A DNA stretch of 30,303 bases from a virus (IMGVR_UViG_2563366964_000009), one strand, 5' to 3'. Counted from the stretch's first letter, positions 1 to 7,808 are shown. The notes: generated from the sequence alone by a model not told the origin. Translations and numbers: made by a program.

Positions 1-981
1 TTATAACGTCACTCCGCCTTTTAGTGGATTCAGAGCGACGGCGTTCTGCAGGTAGTCAGGCGCAAGGTGCGCATAGGTCATTGTCTGCTGAATGCTCGCA
101 TGCCCCAGAATCTGTTGCAGTGCAATTATGTTGCCCCCATTCATCATGAAATGGCTTGCGAATGTATGCCGCAGAATGTGGGTTGCCTGATTGGGAGGTA
201 TATCAGGTTTCACTCTGCGTAAAATCCCGCAAAACTTCTCATAATCTACCTTGAACAATTTGGCGCTGGCCTCCTCTTTAACTTTTTTCTCCAGTTCCTC
301 AGAAATCGGCACTGTTCGCTTTTTACCGTTTTTGGTTTTCAGGAAGGTAACCCTGCAACTTGTAATCTGTGCTGGTTTTAGTGTGGCAACTTCCGTCCAC
401 CTTCCTCCAGTGCTCAGACATAAAAGCGCGACAAGTAAGTCATCACCAGTCAAAACATTTAGCAGTTTTTCGATTTCTGCTTTTTCCAGGAACGTCATTT
501 CAGGGTTAGCCTCCGTCAGTGGCGGCAGTCCGTGAATTGGGTGTTGCCCGGAAAATTCATCCAATTGAATTAATTTTGTGAACATGCCGGATAATCGGTA
601 CATGTCGCGGTTTATCGTTGCAGCACTGATGCCATCACGTAGTCGCATGGAGCGATAATCCATCAAAGCCCTTTTGTTCATCCGACTCACTGGTATATCA
701 CCTATGCCGCTGATGGTTTTGAGCAGATGATTAAACTCTTTTGTCCCATGCTCGTGGTTTTGCCCGTGGTATTTCCACCAGATGTCGAGCAATTCTGTCA
801 AAGTTCGGCGGTCTGCTCGCTGGCCTCCCCATTCTTTCTGACTGGCATTGGCGATTGTGTATCGCTCAAATGCTAGTGCTTCAGCTTTTCTTTCAAATTT
901 CCTGCGGATGCGTTTTCCGTCGCGACCGCGAGGTCTAATGTCCACTTCATAGCGACCATCATCGAGCTTCTTAATTGCCAT
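1..981 (-). CDS. int: P2-type tyrosine integrase (site-specific recombinase); start chosen at the MAIKK ATG with a GGAGG SD, alternative upstream ATG at 1011
   Basis: Minus-strand ORF; translation closely resembles P2 Int as recalled (MAIKKLDDGRYEVDIRP...), with a C-terminal catalytic region (HILRHTFASHF...LGHASIQQTMTYAHL) typical of tyrosine recombinases; stop at 1-3. Confidence 0.93.
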   Translation of the reverse strand: MAIKKLDDGRYEVDIRPRGRDGKRIRRKFERKAEALAFERYTIANASQKEWGGQRADRRTLTELLDIWWKYHGQNHEHGTKEFNHLLKTISGIGDIPVSRMNKRALMDYRSMRLRDGISAATINRDMYRLSGMFTKLIQLDEFSGQHPIHGLPPLTEANPEMTFLEKAEIEKLLNVLTGDDLLVALLCLSTGGRWTEVATLKPAQITSCRVTFLKTKNGKKRTVPISEELEKKVKEEASAKLFKVDYEKFCGILRRVKPDIPPNQATHILRHTFASHFMMNGGNIIALQQILGHASIQQTMTYAHLAPDYLQNAVALNPLKGGVTL

Positions 982-1050
982 AAGAAAGCCCTCCGGCGCT
1001 GTATTCACCATCTTGGTGGCAAATGGTGAAAATGTAATTTTTATATAGAG

Positions 1051-1344
1051 TTAGCCAATCCTTTTCGCGGAGTGGTTGGATTCTGTTGACTCTGGCCCAC
1101 TGTGCGCGAGAGCCGGTGCGATTTGTCCCGCTTCCGGCGCTGTTTTATCTGTCATGAGCCATAGTGTGTATTTTTGGAACTGAGGTGCATTGGTGACCTG
1201 CAACACAACTTGGATGCCAGGGTCTTGATGGCCTCCTTCGTAATTCTTTAGCGTTCCTAACGCTATGCCGCTGATTTCACTGAATTTTGCTTGAGTTAGC
1301 CCTTCCGATTGTCTTATTGCTCTTAATTTCTGTGCGATATTCAT
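1051..1344 (-). CDS. C: Immunity repressor, P2 C-like
   Basis: Translation MNIAQKLRAIRQSEGLTQAKFSEISGIALGTLKNYEGG...QFQKYTLWLMTDKTAPEAGQIAPALAH resembles P2 repressor C as recalled; sits upstream of and co-directional with int, divergent from cox; the 1051-1527 ORF in the track is an upstream extension that overlaps cox and was trimmed to the ATG at 1342-1344. Confidence 0.8.
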   Translation of the reverse strand: MNIAQKLRAIRQSEGLTQAKFSEISGIALGTLKNYEGGHQDPGIQVVLQVTNAPQFQKYTLWLMTDKTAPEAGQIAPALAHSGPESTESNHSAKRIG

Positions 1345-1479
1345 TTGACATAGTCCTGACTTAATGACTATATTCCCCGAAAAGGTCATTAATCCAGAAC
1401 CTTTTCGGGCGTGAGTCCAGCGCCGCTTAAACGGTTCCAAGCGGTTTTTAAGGGGCTGGATCCTATGAGGGTAACATAG
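1345..1479. promoter_or_regulatory. Lysis-lysogeny switch region between divergent C and cox (expected position of Pc/Pe promoters and operators)
   Basis: Divergent intergenic region; inverted repeat TTAATGAC..GTCATTAA (about 1362-1393) and a nested 9-bp inverted repeat CCGAAAAGG/CCTTTTCGG (about 1377-1407) seen directly. Confidence 0.5.
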
Positions 1480-1752
1480 ATGGAAGTTAATGATTATGTG
1501 ATTAAGTACCCGCTTGATGCGGTACATGCGGAAAAGTTTGCAGATTTATTGGGTAAACCAAAAACCGCAGTTACAGAAATGATAAAGGCTAACAAGCTAC
1601 CGGTTATCGAGCTTCGAGATCCAAATAAGCCGAAGGCCCGCGCCGGTGAGAAATGGGTTTTCATTCCAGAGTTTAATCGCGCTGTACGTGAGGCGTTTTA
1701 TAACCGACCGGTTGAACAGCGTGATGCATGGCTTTTGTGGATGGGGTTGTGA
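1480..1752 (+). CDS. cox: Cox-like excisionase / early-operon repressor
   Basis: 90-aa ORF divergent from C; ...KLPVIELRDPNKPKARAGEKWVFIPEFN...RDAWLLWMGL resembles P2 Cox as recalled. Confidence 0.85.
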   Translation: MEVNDYVIKYPLDAVHAEKFADLLGKPKTAVTEMIKANKLPVIELRDPNKPKARAGEKWVFIPEFNRAVREAFYNRPVEQRDAWLLWMGL

Positions 1753-1755
1753 TTA

Positions 1756-1925
1756 TGAATGAGCCGCGTTGTATTGCGCAGTTACTGCGTAACGAAAGCC
1801 CCAGGGCGATTGACTTCACCATCACCCACGGGAAGGGACGCAAGGGAATCATTATCCGCACCAAAAAACAGAGTCCGTTAAAAAAGGCTCTGACCTTTCT
1901 GAAAAGCCGGAGGGTATGGAAATGA
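1756..1925 (+). CDS. Small hypothetical early protein (P2 orf78 position)
   Basis: ATG at 1756 immediately after the cox stop; 56 aa; the 1728 start in the ORF track overlaps cox and is less likely. Confidence 0.45.
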
Positions 1926-2422
1926 CAGTGATGACGCTCAATCTCGTTGAAAAACAGCCAGCAGCTATGCGCCGGATAATTGGTAAGCATCTGGCCGTCC
2001 CTCGCTGGCAGGATACATGTGATTATTATAATCAGATGATGGAGCGCGAACGGCTAACAGTTTGCTTTCATGCGCAGTTAAAACAACGTCACGCAACGAT
2101 GCGTTTTGAAGAAATGAACGACGTCGAACGTGAACGGCTGGTTTGTGCAATTGATGAATTGCGTGGGGCATTCTCAAAACGCCGTCAGGTTGGCGCAAGT
2201 GAGTATGCATATATTAGTTTTTTAACAGTCAGTCAGCGTCGTACTTTATTTATGCATGCCGGATTGACTGAAAAAGAATTCAACCAGCCATACTGGCGAA
2301 TTAATGAAGAGTCATGTTACTGGCGTGATGCTTTATTCCGTGCATTACGTGAATTATTCAGTCTGTTTGAGTATGCACCGACAATTCTGACGTCGGTAAA
2401 ACCAGAGCAATATCTGCATTAA
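1922..2422 (+). CDS. Early protein at the P2 gene B position (possible replication protein B, DnaB-helicase loader); start uncertain (ATG 1916 or 1922)
   Basis: 168/166-aa ORF at the synteny position of P2 B; GGAGG SD upstream favours the 1922 ATG; identity as B rests on synteny and size, not a recognised motif. Confidence 0.5.
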   Translation: MTVMTLNLVEKQPAAMRRIIGKHLAVPRWQDTCDYYNQMMERERLTVCFHAQLKQRHATMRFEEMNDVERERLVCAIDELRGAFSKRRQVGASEYAYISFLTVSQRRTLFMHAGLTEKEFNQPYWRINEESCYWRDALFRALRELFSLFEYAPTILTSVKPEQYLH

Positions 2423-2485
2423 GTAATTAACCAGAGTTTTTAACGCACTTAATCGTGCGGGGCTTCTTTTTGCCTGGAGAAAGTC

Positions 2486-2710
2486 ATGCATACAGTTTCT
2501 GAAAATCAGTGCGGTATATACGCATTACTGCTGCAACAGGCCAGAACCGAAGCACAGGCCGACGCTGCGACGCGCTTTTCTTCTCATCTTGACGCCATGA
2601 TTCGCCACATCACAAAGGCGGAGTTATCCCGCGTGGAGATAGTCGAGCTGCTCAGTCAGGAGTCGGAAAAATTTCACAATATCGGACTGTCTCGCGGGGA
2701 GGTGCTTTGA
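2486..2710 (+). CDS. Hypothetical early protein (P2 orf80 position)
   Basis: 74-aa ORF with GGAGA SD 6-10 nt upstream of the ATG; operon-packed with neighbours. Confidence 0.6.
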
Positions 2711-3012
2711 TGTCCTGTTCTCATTCAGTTGTATTACTGAATAACGCCTTAAAAATCGCCGTTATGAAAAATGGCGATTTGTCTCTTATTCAACTTGGTC
2801 TTGATAAAGAAAAACGCGAAATAACTGAATCTGTTATCGCGATTTATCAGAGTGAATTAAACCTCCTGTCTGATGTGGTCAATTTACTTGTTAAACGCGC
2901 TGTATTTCACAAGCAAATTTCCTCCGTGGATGAACTGACGAAATTAACGACAGAAATCGCCAGCTATTGCGCTGATGAATTTAAAAAACTGAACGACAAA
3001 AGGAACTGGTAA
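2707..3012 (+). CDS. Hypothetical early protein (P2 orf81 position)
   Basis: 101-aa ORF whose start overlaps the previous stop (ATGA-type coupling); AT-richer than its neighbours. Confidence 0.6.
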
Positions 3013-3236
3013 TGCCGGACAACGTAGATTTTATTCAGGAACAACAGGCTGAATTACTGGAGCGCCAGATTAACGCGGCAAGGGTAAAACATTGCGGTGC
3101 TTCTGCGCTGGTTTGCGAAGAGTGTGACGCGCCAATACCTGCTGCCCGTCGTGCGGCTTACCCGTCAGCCACGCGTTGTGTTTCCTGTCAGTCAGTCTTT
3201 GAAGCAAAAAACAAACATTACCGGAGAACGGCATGA
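3012..3236 (+). CDS. TraR/DksA-family C4 zinc-finger protein (P2 orf82 position)
   Basis: 74 aa with a CxxC...CxxC arrangement (CEECDAP...CVSCQ); translationally coupled to neighbours. Confidence 0.75.
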   Translation: MPDNVDFIQEQQAELLERQINAARVKHCGASALVCEECDAPIPAARRAAYPSATRCVSCQSVFEAKNKHYRRTA

Positions 3237-3508
3237 GTATTCGTATTGAAATTGGCGAACGTTATGTCGTTACCAGTGACAGCTTTCAGTTTATTCTCCA
3301 CGAGAAAAAGAGAGCGGAAAGCGGTAAAAACGCCGGTCAGGAATGGCTGGCGGTGGTTGGTTATTACCCGAAATTAAGCCAGCTCGTTTCCGGCCTGATG
3401 CATCACGATATTCTGACCGGAAGCGCAAAGTCTTTTGCTGATTTAAACGCGCAGGTTGAGCAACTCAGCAAGCGTTGTTCAGAGGCTTTTGGCTCATATG
3501 GCCGTTAA
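3233..3508 (+). CDS. Hypothetical early protein (P2 orf83 position)
   Basis: 91-aa ORF overlapping the previous stop; immediately precedes A. Confidence 0.6.
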   Translation: MSIRIEIGERYVVTSDSFQFILHEKKRAESGKNAGQEWLAVVGYYPKLSQLVSGLMHHDILTGSAKSFADLNAQVEQLSKRCSEAFGSYGR

Positions 3509-5780
3509 AGCCTCCGGGCGTTTTGTCCCTCCGTCAGCATTTGCCGCAGGCATCGGTGAGACGTTTACCGGTGCTTATGCATGGAACGCGCCACGCGAGG
3601 CCGTCGGGCGCGAAAGACCCCTTACACGTGACGAGATGCGTCAGGTGCAAGGTGTTTTATCCACGATTAATCGCCTGCCTTACTTTTTGCGCTCGCTGTT
3701 TACTTCACGCTATGACTACATCCGGCGCAATAAAAGCCCGGTGCACGGGTTTTATTTCCTCACATCCACTTTTCAGCGTCGTTTATGGCCGCGCATTGAG
3801 CGCGTTAATCAGCGCCATGAAATGAACACCGACGCGTCGTTGCTGTTTCTGGCAGAGCGTGACCACTATGCGCGCCTGCCTGGAATGAATGACAAGGAGC
3901 TGAAAAAGTTTGCCGCCCGTATCTCATCGCAGCTTTTCATAATGTATGAGGAACTCTGCGATGCCTGGGTGGATGCGCATGGCGAGAAAGAATCGCTGTT
4001 TACGGATGAGGCGCAGGCTCACCTGTATGGTCATGTTGCTGGCGCTGCACGTGCTTTCAATATTTCCCCGCTCTACTGGAAAAAATACCGTAAAGGGCAG
4101 ATGACCACGAGGCAGGCATATTCTGCCATTGCCCGTCTGTTTAACGATGAATGGTGGACTCATCAGCTTAAAGGCCAGCGTATGCGCTGGCATGAGGCGT
4201 TACTGATTGCTGTCGGGGAGGTCAATAAAGACCGTTCTCCTTATGCCAGTAAACATGCCATTCGTGATGTGCGTGCGCGCCGCCAGGCAAATCTGGAATT
4301 TCTTAAATCGTGTGACCTTGAAAACAGGGAAACCGGCGAGCGCATCGACCTTATCAGTAAGGTGATGGGCAGTATTTCTAATCCAGAAATTCGCCGGATG
4401 GAGCTGATGAACACCATCGCCGGTATTGAGCGTTACGCCGCCGCAGAGGGTGATGTGGGGATGTTTATCACGCTGACCGCGCCGTCAAAGTATCACCCGA
4501 CACGTCAGGTCGGAAAAGGCGAAAGTAAAACCGTCCAGCTTAATCACGGCTGGAACGATGAGGCATTTAATCCAAAGGATGCGCAGCGTTATCTCTGCCG
4601 CATCTGGAGCCTGATGCGCACGGCATTCAAGGATAATGATTTACAGGTCTACGGTTTGCGTGTCGTCGAGCCACACCACGACGGAACGCCGCACTGGCAT
4701 ATGATGCTTTTTTGTAATCCACGCCAGCGTAACCAGATTATCGAAATCATGCGGCGCTATGCGCTCAAAGAGGATGGTGACGAAAGAGGAGCCGCGCGAA
4801 ACCGTTTTCAGGCAAAGCACCTTAACCGGGGCGGTGCTGCGGGATATATCGCGAAATACATTTCAAAAAATATCGACGGCTATGCACTGGATGGTCAGCT
4901 CGATAACGATACCGGTAAGCCGCTTAAAGACACTGCAGCGGCTGTTACCGCATGGGCGTCAACGTGGCGCATCCCGCAATTTAAAACGGTTGGACTGCCG
5001 ACAATGGGGGCTTACCGTGAACTACGCAAATTGCCTCGCGGCGTCAGTATTGCTGATGAGTTTGACGAACGCGTCGAGGCTGCTCGCGCTGCCGCAGACA
5101 GTGGTGATTTTGCGTTGTATATCAGCGCGCAGGGTGGGGCAAATGTCCCGCGCGATTGTCAGACTGTCAGGGTTGCCCGTAGCCCGTCGGATGACGTTAA
5201 CGAGTACGAGGAAGAAGTCGAGAGAGTGGTCGGCATTTACGCGCCGCATCTCGGCGCGCGTCATATTCATATCACCAGAACGACGGACTGGCGCATTGTT
5301 CCGAAAGTTCCGGTCGTTGAGCCTTTGACTTTAAAAAGCGGCATCGCCGCGCCTCGGAGTCCTGTCAATAACTGTGGAAAACTCACCGGTGGTGATACTT
5401 CGTTACCGGCTCCCACACCTTCTGAGCACGCCGCAGCAGTGCTTAATCTGGTTGATGACGGTGTTATCGAATGGAGTGACCCGGAGGTCGTGAGGGCGCT
5501 CAGAGGTGCATTAAAACACAGTCGGAGAACGCCAAGTCGTCAGCAAAGAAACGGAAGCCCGTTAAAACCACATGAAATTGCACCATCGGCCAGACTGACC
5601 CGGTCGGAAAGAATGCAAATTACCCGTATCCGCGTTGACCTTGCTCAGAACGGTATCAGGCCGCAGCGATGGGAGCTTGAGGCGCTGGCGCGTGGCGCGA
5701 CCGTAAATTATGATGGGAAAAAATTCACGTATCCGGTTGTTGATGAGTGGCGGTGGTATATAGTTGATGGTAGGCGGTGA
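3498..5780 (+). CDS. A: Replication initiation protein A (rolling-circle nicking endonuclease); start taken at MAVKASGRF, alternative ATG at 3456
   Basis: 760-aa ORF; contains the tyrosine-rich active-site block GYIAKYISKNIDGY typical of P2 gpA/phiX174 A-type initiators; conserved position after the small early ORFs. Confidence 0.9.
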   Translation: MAVKASGRFVPPSAFAAGIGETFTGAYAWNAPREAVGRERPLTRDEMRQVQGVLSTINRLPYFLRSLFTSRYDYIRRNKSPVHGFYFLTSTFQRRLWPRIERVNQRHEMNTDASLLFLAERDHYARLPGMNDKELKKFAARISSQLFIMYEELCDAWVDAHGEKESLFTDEAQAHLYGHVAGAARAFNISPLYWKKYRKGQMTTRQAYSAIARLFNDEWWTHQLKGQRMRWHEALLIAVGEVNKDRSPYASKHAIRDVRARRQANLEFLKSCDLENRETGERIDLISKVMGSISNPEIRRMELMNTIAGIERYAAAEGDVGMFITLTAPSKYHPTRQVGKGESKTVQLNHGWNDEAFNPKDAQRYLCRIWSLMRTAFKDNDLQVYGLRVVEPHHDGTPHWHMMLFCNPRQRNQIIEIMRRYALKEDGDERGAARNRFQAKHLNRGGAAGYIAKYISKNIDGYALDGQLDNDTGKPLKDTAAAVTAWASTWRIPQFKTVGLPTMGAYRELRKLPRGVSIADEFDERVEAARAAADSGDFALYISAQGGANVPRDCQTVRVARSPSDDVNEYEEEVERVVGIYAPHLGARHIHITRTTDWRIVPKVPVVEPLTLKSGIAAPRSPVNNCGKLTGGDTSLPAPTPSEHAAAVLNLVDDGVIEWSDPEVVRALRGALKHSRRTPSRQQRNGSPLKPHEIAPSARLTRSERMQITRIRVDLAQNGIRPQRWELEALARGATVNYDGKKFTYPVVDEWRWYIVDGRR

Positions 5781-5956
5781 AAAGTTGAAGATGTGAACAC
5801 TGTTATTGGTAGGTAAGTAGATTTGTATGTATAAAGTAGTTGTTGTAGATATGAACAATCAGGCGTAGAATCGCCAGCCGGCTATGATGATTCCAGATGA
5901 TAATGGTTATCATTAGCTGTTGATTTATGATGTTCTTAACCACTAGAGAGACTAAT

Positions 5957-6154
5957 ATGAGCAAAAAGGTTATCACGATACAAGTAAGAGGTGGGCACGC
6001 AGGTGCTAAGCCTGTTCGTCGTTCAAAACTTGAACAAAGTGTTAATCGTTCCCTGCGTGCTTCGTTTTCTCTGGAAGGTAATCACATTACCAACACTTCA
6101 TGGTCTAAAATGTCGCAGGCTGCACGTTTTCTGACCAGAGTGGCTGTTGCTTAA
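5957..6154 (+). CDS. Small basic protein carrying a Fic-inhibitory-helix-like motif (candidate FicA-type antitoxin)
   Basis: 65-aa ORF from the ATG at 5957 (GAGAG SD-like upstream); motif S-F-S-L-E-G at 6062-6079 matches [S/T]xxxE[G/N]; its stop overlaps the convergent Fic gene stop in a shared TTAA (6151-6154). Confidence 0.5.
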   Translation: MSKKVITIQVRGGHAGAKPVRRSKLEQSVNRSLRASFSLEGNHITNTSWSKMSQAARFLTRVAVA

Positions 6155-7257
6155 AGCTCTTTGATTGCCCTTGAAATAAGGGCAATCAGATTTCTGTTAC
6201 TGTCGTGTATTGCGCGTCTTACAGCATAATGGTACGCACGTTTATTTCGCACATCTCCATCTAGCTTTTCCATATCAAATTCATAACCCATAGTAGTTGC
6301 AACAATCTGAAGAAATAATCGTATTGAACGACCATTACCATCTTGAAAGGGGTGGATCCATGCGATTTCTGCATGGAGAGTAGCTAGTTTATGAACTAAC
6401 TCTGCTTTAGAATTTATTTTGCTAAGTTCTTTTTTTGTGCAACCTCTAAGACAGGCTTTTAATGATTTTTTGACTTCATTATGTTCCATTGTTGGTCGCT
6501 CTTTATCTCCAACAACAACGGGATGGTTTCTGTATTCACCTGCCCAATCATAAATATGGCCAAAAAGAGCTTTATGGCATTCTAAGATCGTCTTTTCATT
6601 AATTGTTTTATTTTTGTCGGAGACATAGTTTATTATGAGCTGCGTACTTTTGATATATGAAATAACCATTTCGGCAAATTCAACTTGGTATTGATATTTT
6701 GCAAATACTAGATTTTTTGTTGCCATGTATTCATATCTTTCATTTTTCCCGTCACGTAAAAGAAAAATATTGTCTTTTTGGTGCTTTACTTTGATTACAT
6801 GATTGCGTTGAAATGGAAAGTTTTTGTCGTGAGGCAATATGTGAAAATAAGTTTCTTTTTTTAGCTTGTCTACACCAACAATTGAACCAAAAAGAAAAAG
6901 GGCTGCTGTTGTATTAAATAAAACACATACGGAGTCGCCAAGTTGTATCTCTTCGCGACTTAGATCGCATGTTTTTTTCTTATAATTAAATAAATGGGCG
7001 ATAGATGGTATGCTGTGATGATTGCGCAATGAACCTGAGCCACATATGACTTCTTTTGTCCTGCTATTCCAGTAATAATTAATGCTTCTCTTATTCTCTT
7101 GTGTTCTTTTTATATGAACCAACTTGAAGCTAAGTAGGCTTAAAGAGAATTCACCATTCTTTTTGACTATATTAACTTTTTGGTGTTTCATTTTGTTTTT
7201 TTTGTTAGTGTTATTGAAAAATGTTTTGAAGGTATCATGTTTTGAGTAAGAATGCAT
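6151..7257 (-). CDS. Fic/Doc-family protein (predicted AMP-transferase toxin) with an uncharacterised ~200-aa N-terminal domain
   Basis: 368-aa minus-strand ORF; canonical Fic active-site motif HPFQDGNGRSIR preceded by the core block KALFGHIYDWAGEYRN; strongly AT-rich, K/N/I/F/Y-rich N-terminal half. Confidence 0.85.
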   Translation of the reverse strand: MHSYSKHDTFKTFFNNTNKKNKMKHQKVNIVKKNGEFSLSLLSFKLVHIKRTQENKRSINYYWNSRTKEVICGSGSLRNHHSIPSIAHLFNYKKKTCDLSREEIQLGDSVCVLFNTTAALFLFGSIVGVDKLKKETYFHILPHDKNFPFQRNHVIKVKHQKDNIFLLRDGKNERYEYMATKNLVFAKYQYQVEFAEMVISYIKSTQLIINYVSDKNKTINEKTILECHKALFGHIYDWAGEYRNHPVVVGDKERPTMEHNEVKKSLKACLRGCTKKELSKINSKAELVHKLATLHAEIAWIHPFQDGNGRSIRLFLQIVATTMGYEFDMEKLDGDVRNKRAYHYAVRRAIHDSNRNLIALISRAIKEL

Positions 7258-7620
7258 GGTTATTATAACATGTTAGAGTTTTATCGCTAAAAAATGGATG
7301 TAGTGAGAAGTTTGTTGCTCATGACATTTACACTTAAGATGAACAGGAGGTGCTGTTTCGGTAAGATTATCTTTGTCCCATCACATAGCACAGCTCAATT
7401 TATCACTCATATCTTCATTTCCTTCCAGTGACAACACAAAGCTTTAAAGTCACCTTCTGTGATGCTGCTTTATGTCATTTCATAAGATCAGAGTTATGCA
7501 TGCATTAGGTGCATGGCTTTGCATGTATCAGAATTATACGTTTTCGGCGTCCGACATCACAGCTAGTTTGGATTCAGAGATGTCATGCAACCGCATTAAA
7601 ACCTCCACATGAAGCGGGCG

Positions 7621-7639
7621 GGCGAGGCGGGGAAAGCAC
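7621..7639. other. cos site (19-nt cohesive-end sequence, P2 type)
   Basis: Sequence GGCGAGGCGGGGAAAGCAC matches the P2 cohesive end as recalled; lies just outside the end of Q as in P2. Confidence 0.7.
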
Positions 7640-7781
7640 TGCGCGCTGGCGGTGGTGCGGATTTTATTTTTTCAGCGTCTCAGCGCGTCGTGACGGCGCT
7701 TAGTCTGCCCGTTGAGGCGTTGGTGTGTCTGCGGGGTGTTTTGTGCGGTGGTGAGCGTGTGAGGGGGTGATGACGGGGTGT

Positions 7782-7803
7782 AAAAAAGCCGCCCGCAGGC
7801 GGC
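7782..7803 (-). terminator. Rho-independent terminator downstream of Q (minus strand)
   Basis: On the minus strand the region reads GCCGCC-TGCG-GGCGGC followed by a T-run (plus strand: AAAAAAGCCGCCCGCAGGCGGC), a few nt past the Q stop. Confidence 0.6.
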
Positions 7804-7808
7804 GATGT

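Noticed and set aside
1051-1527. 158-aa minus-strand ORF extending upstream of the repressor
   Set aside because: The extension overlaps the divergent cox gene and the switch region; the repressor similarity begins at the internal ATG (1342-1344), which has an SD. Trimmed to 1051-1344.
3475-3825. 116-aa plus-strand ORF in an alternative frame at the start of A
   Set aside because: Lies entirely within the well-supported A reading frame in another frame, with no independent start signals; a frame-shadow ORF.
5562-5858. 98-aa minus-strand ORF across the A 3' end
   Set aside because: Antisense to the A gene and running through the C-depleted tract; low-complexity translation (poly-T/I/P); no support.
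5927-5956. Upstream ATG starts (5927, 5930) for the small antitoxin-like ORF
   Set aside because: No SD-like sequence precedes them, while the ATG at 5957 has a GAGAG element at a suitable distance. The longer form cannot be excluded.
7509-7703. 64-aa plus-strand ORF spanning the cos site
   Set aside because: Arg/Gly-rich translation of GC-rich packaging DNA; it would be split by cos cleavage; no start signals.
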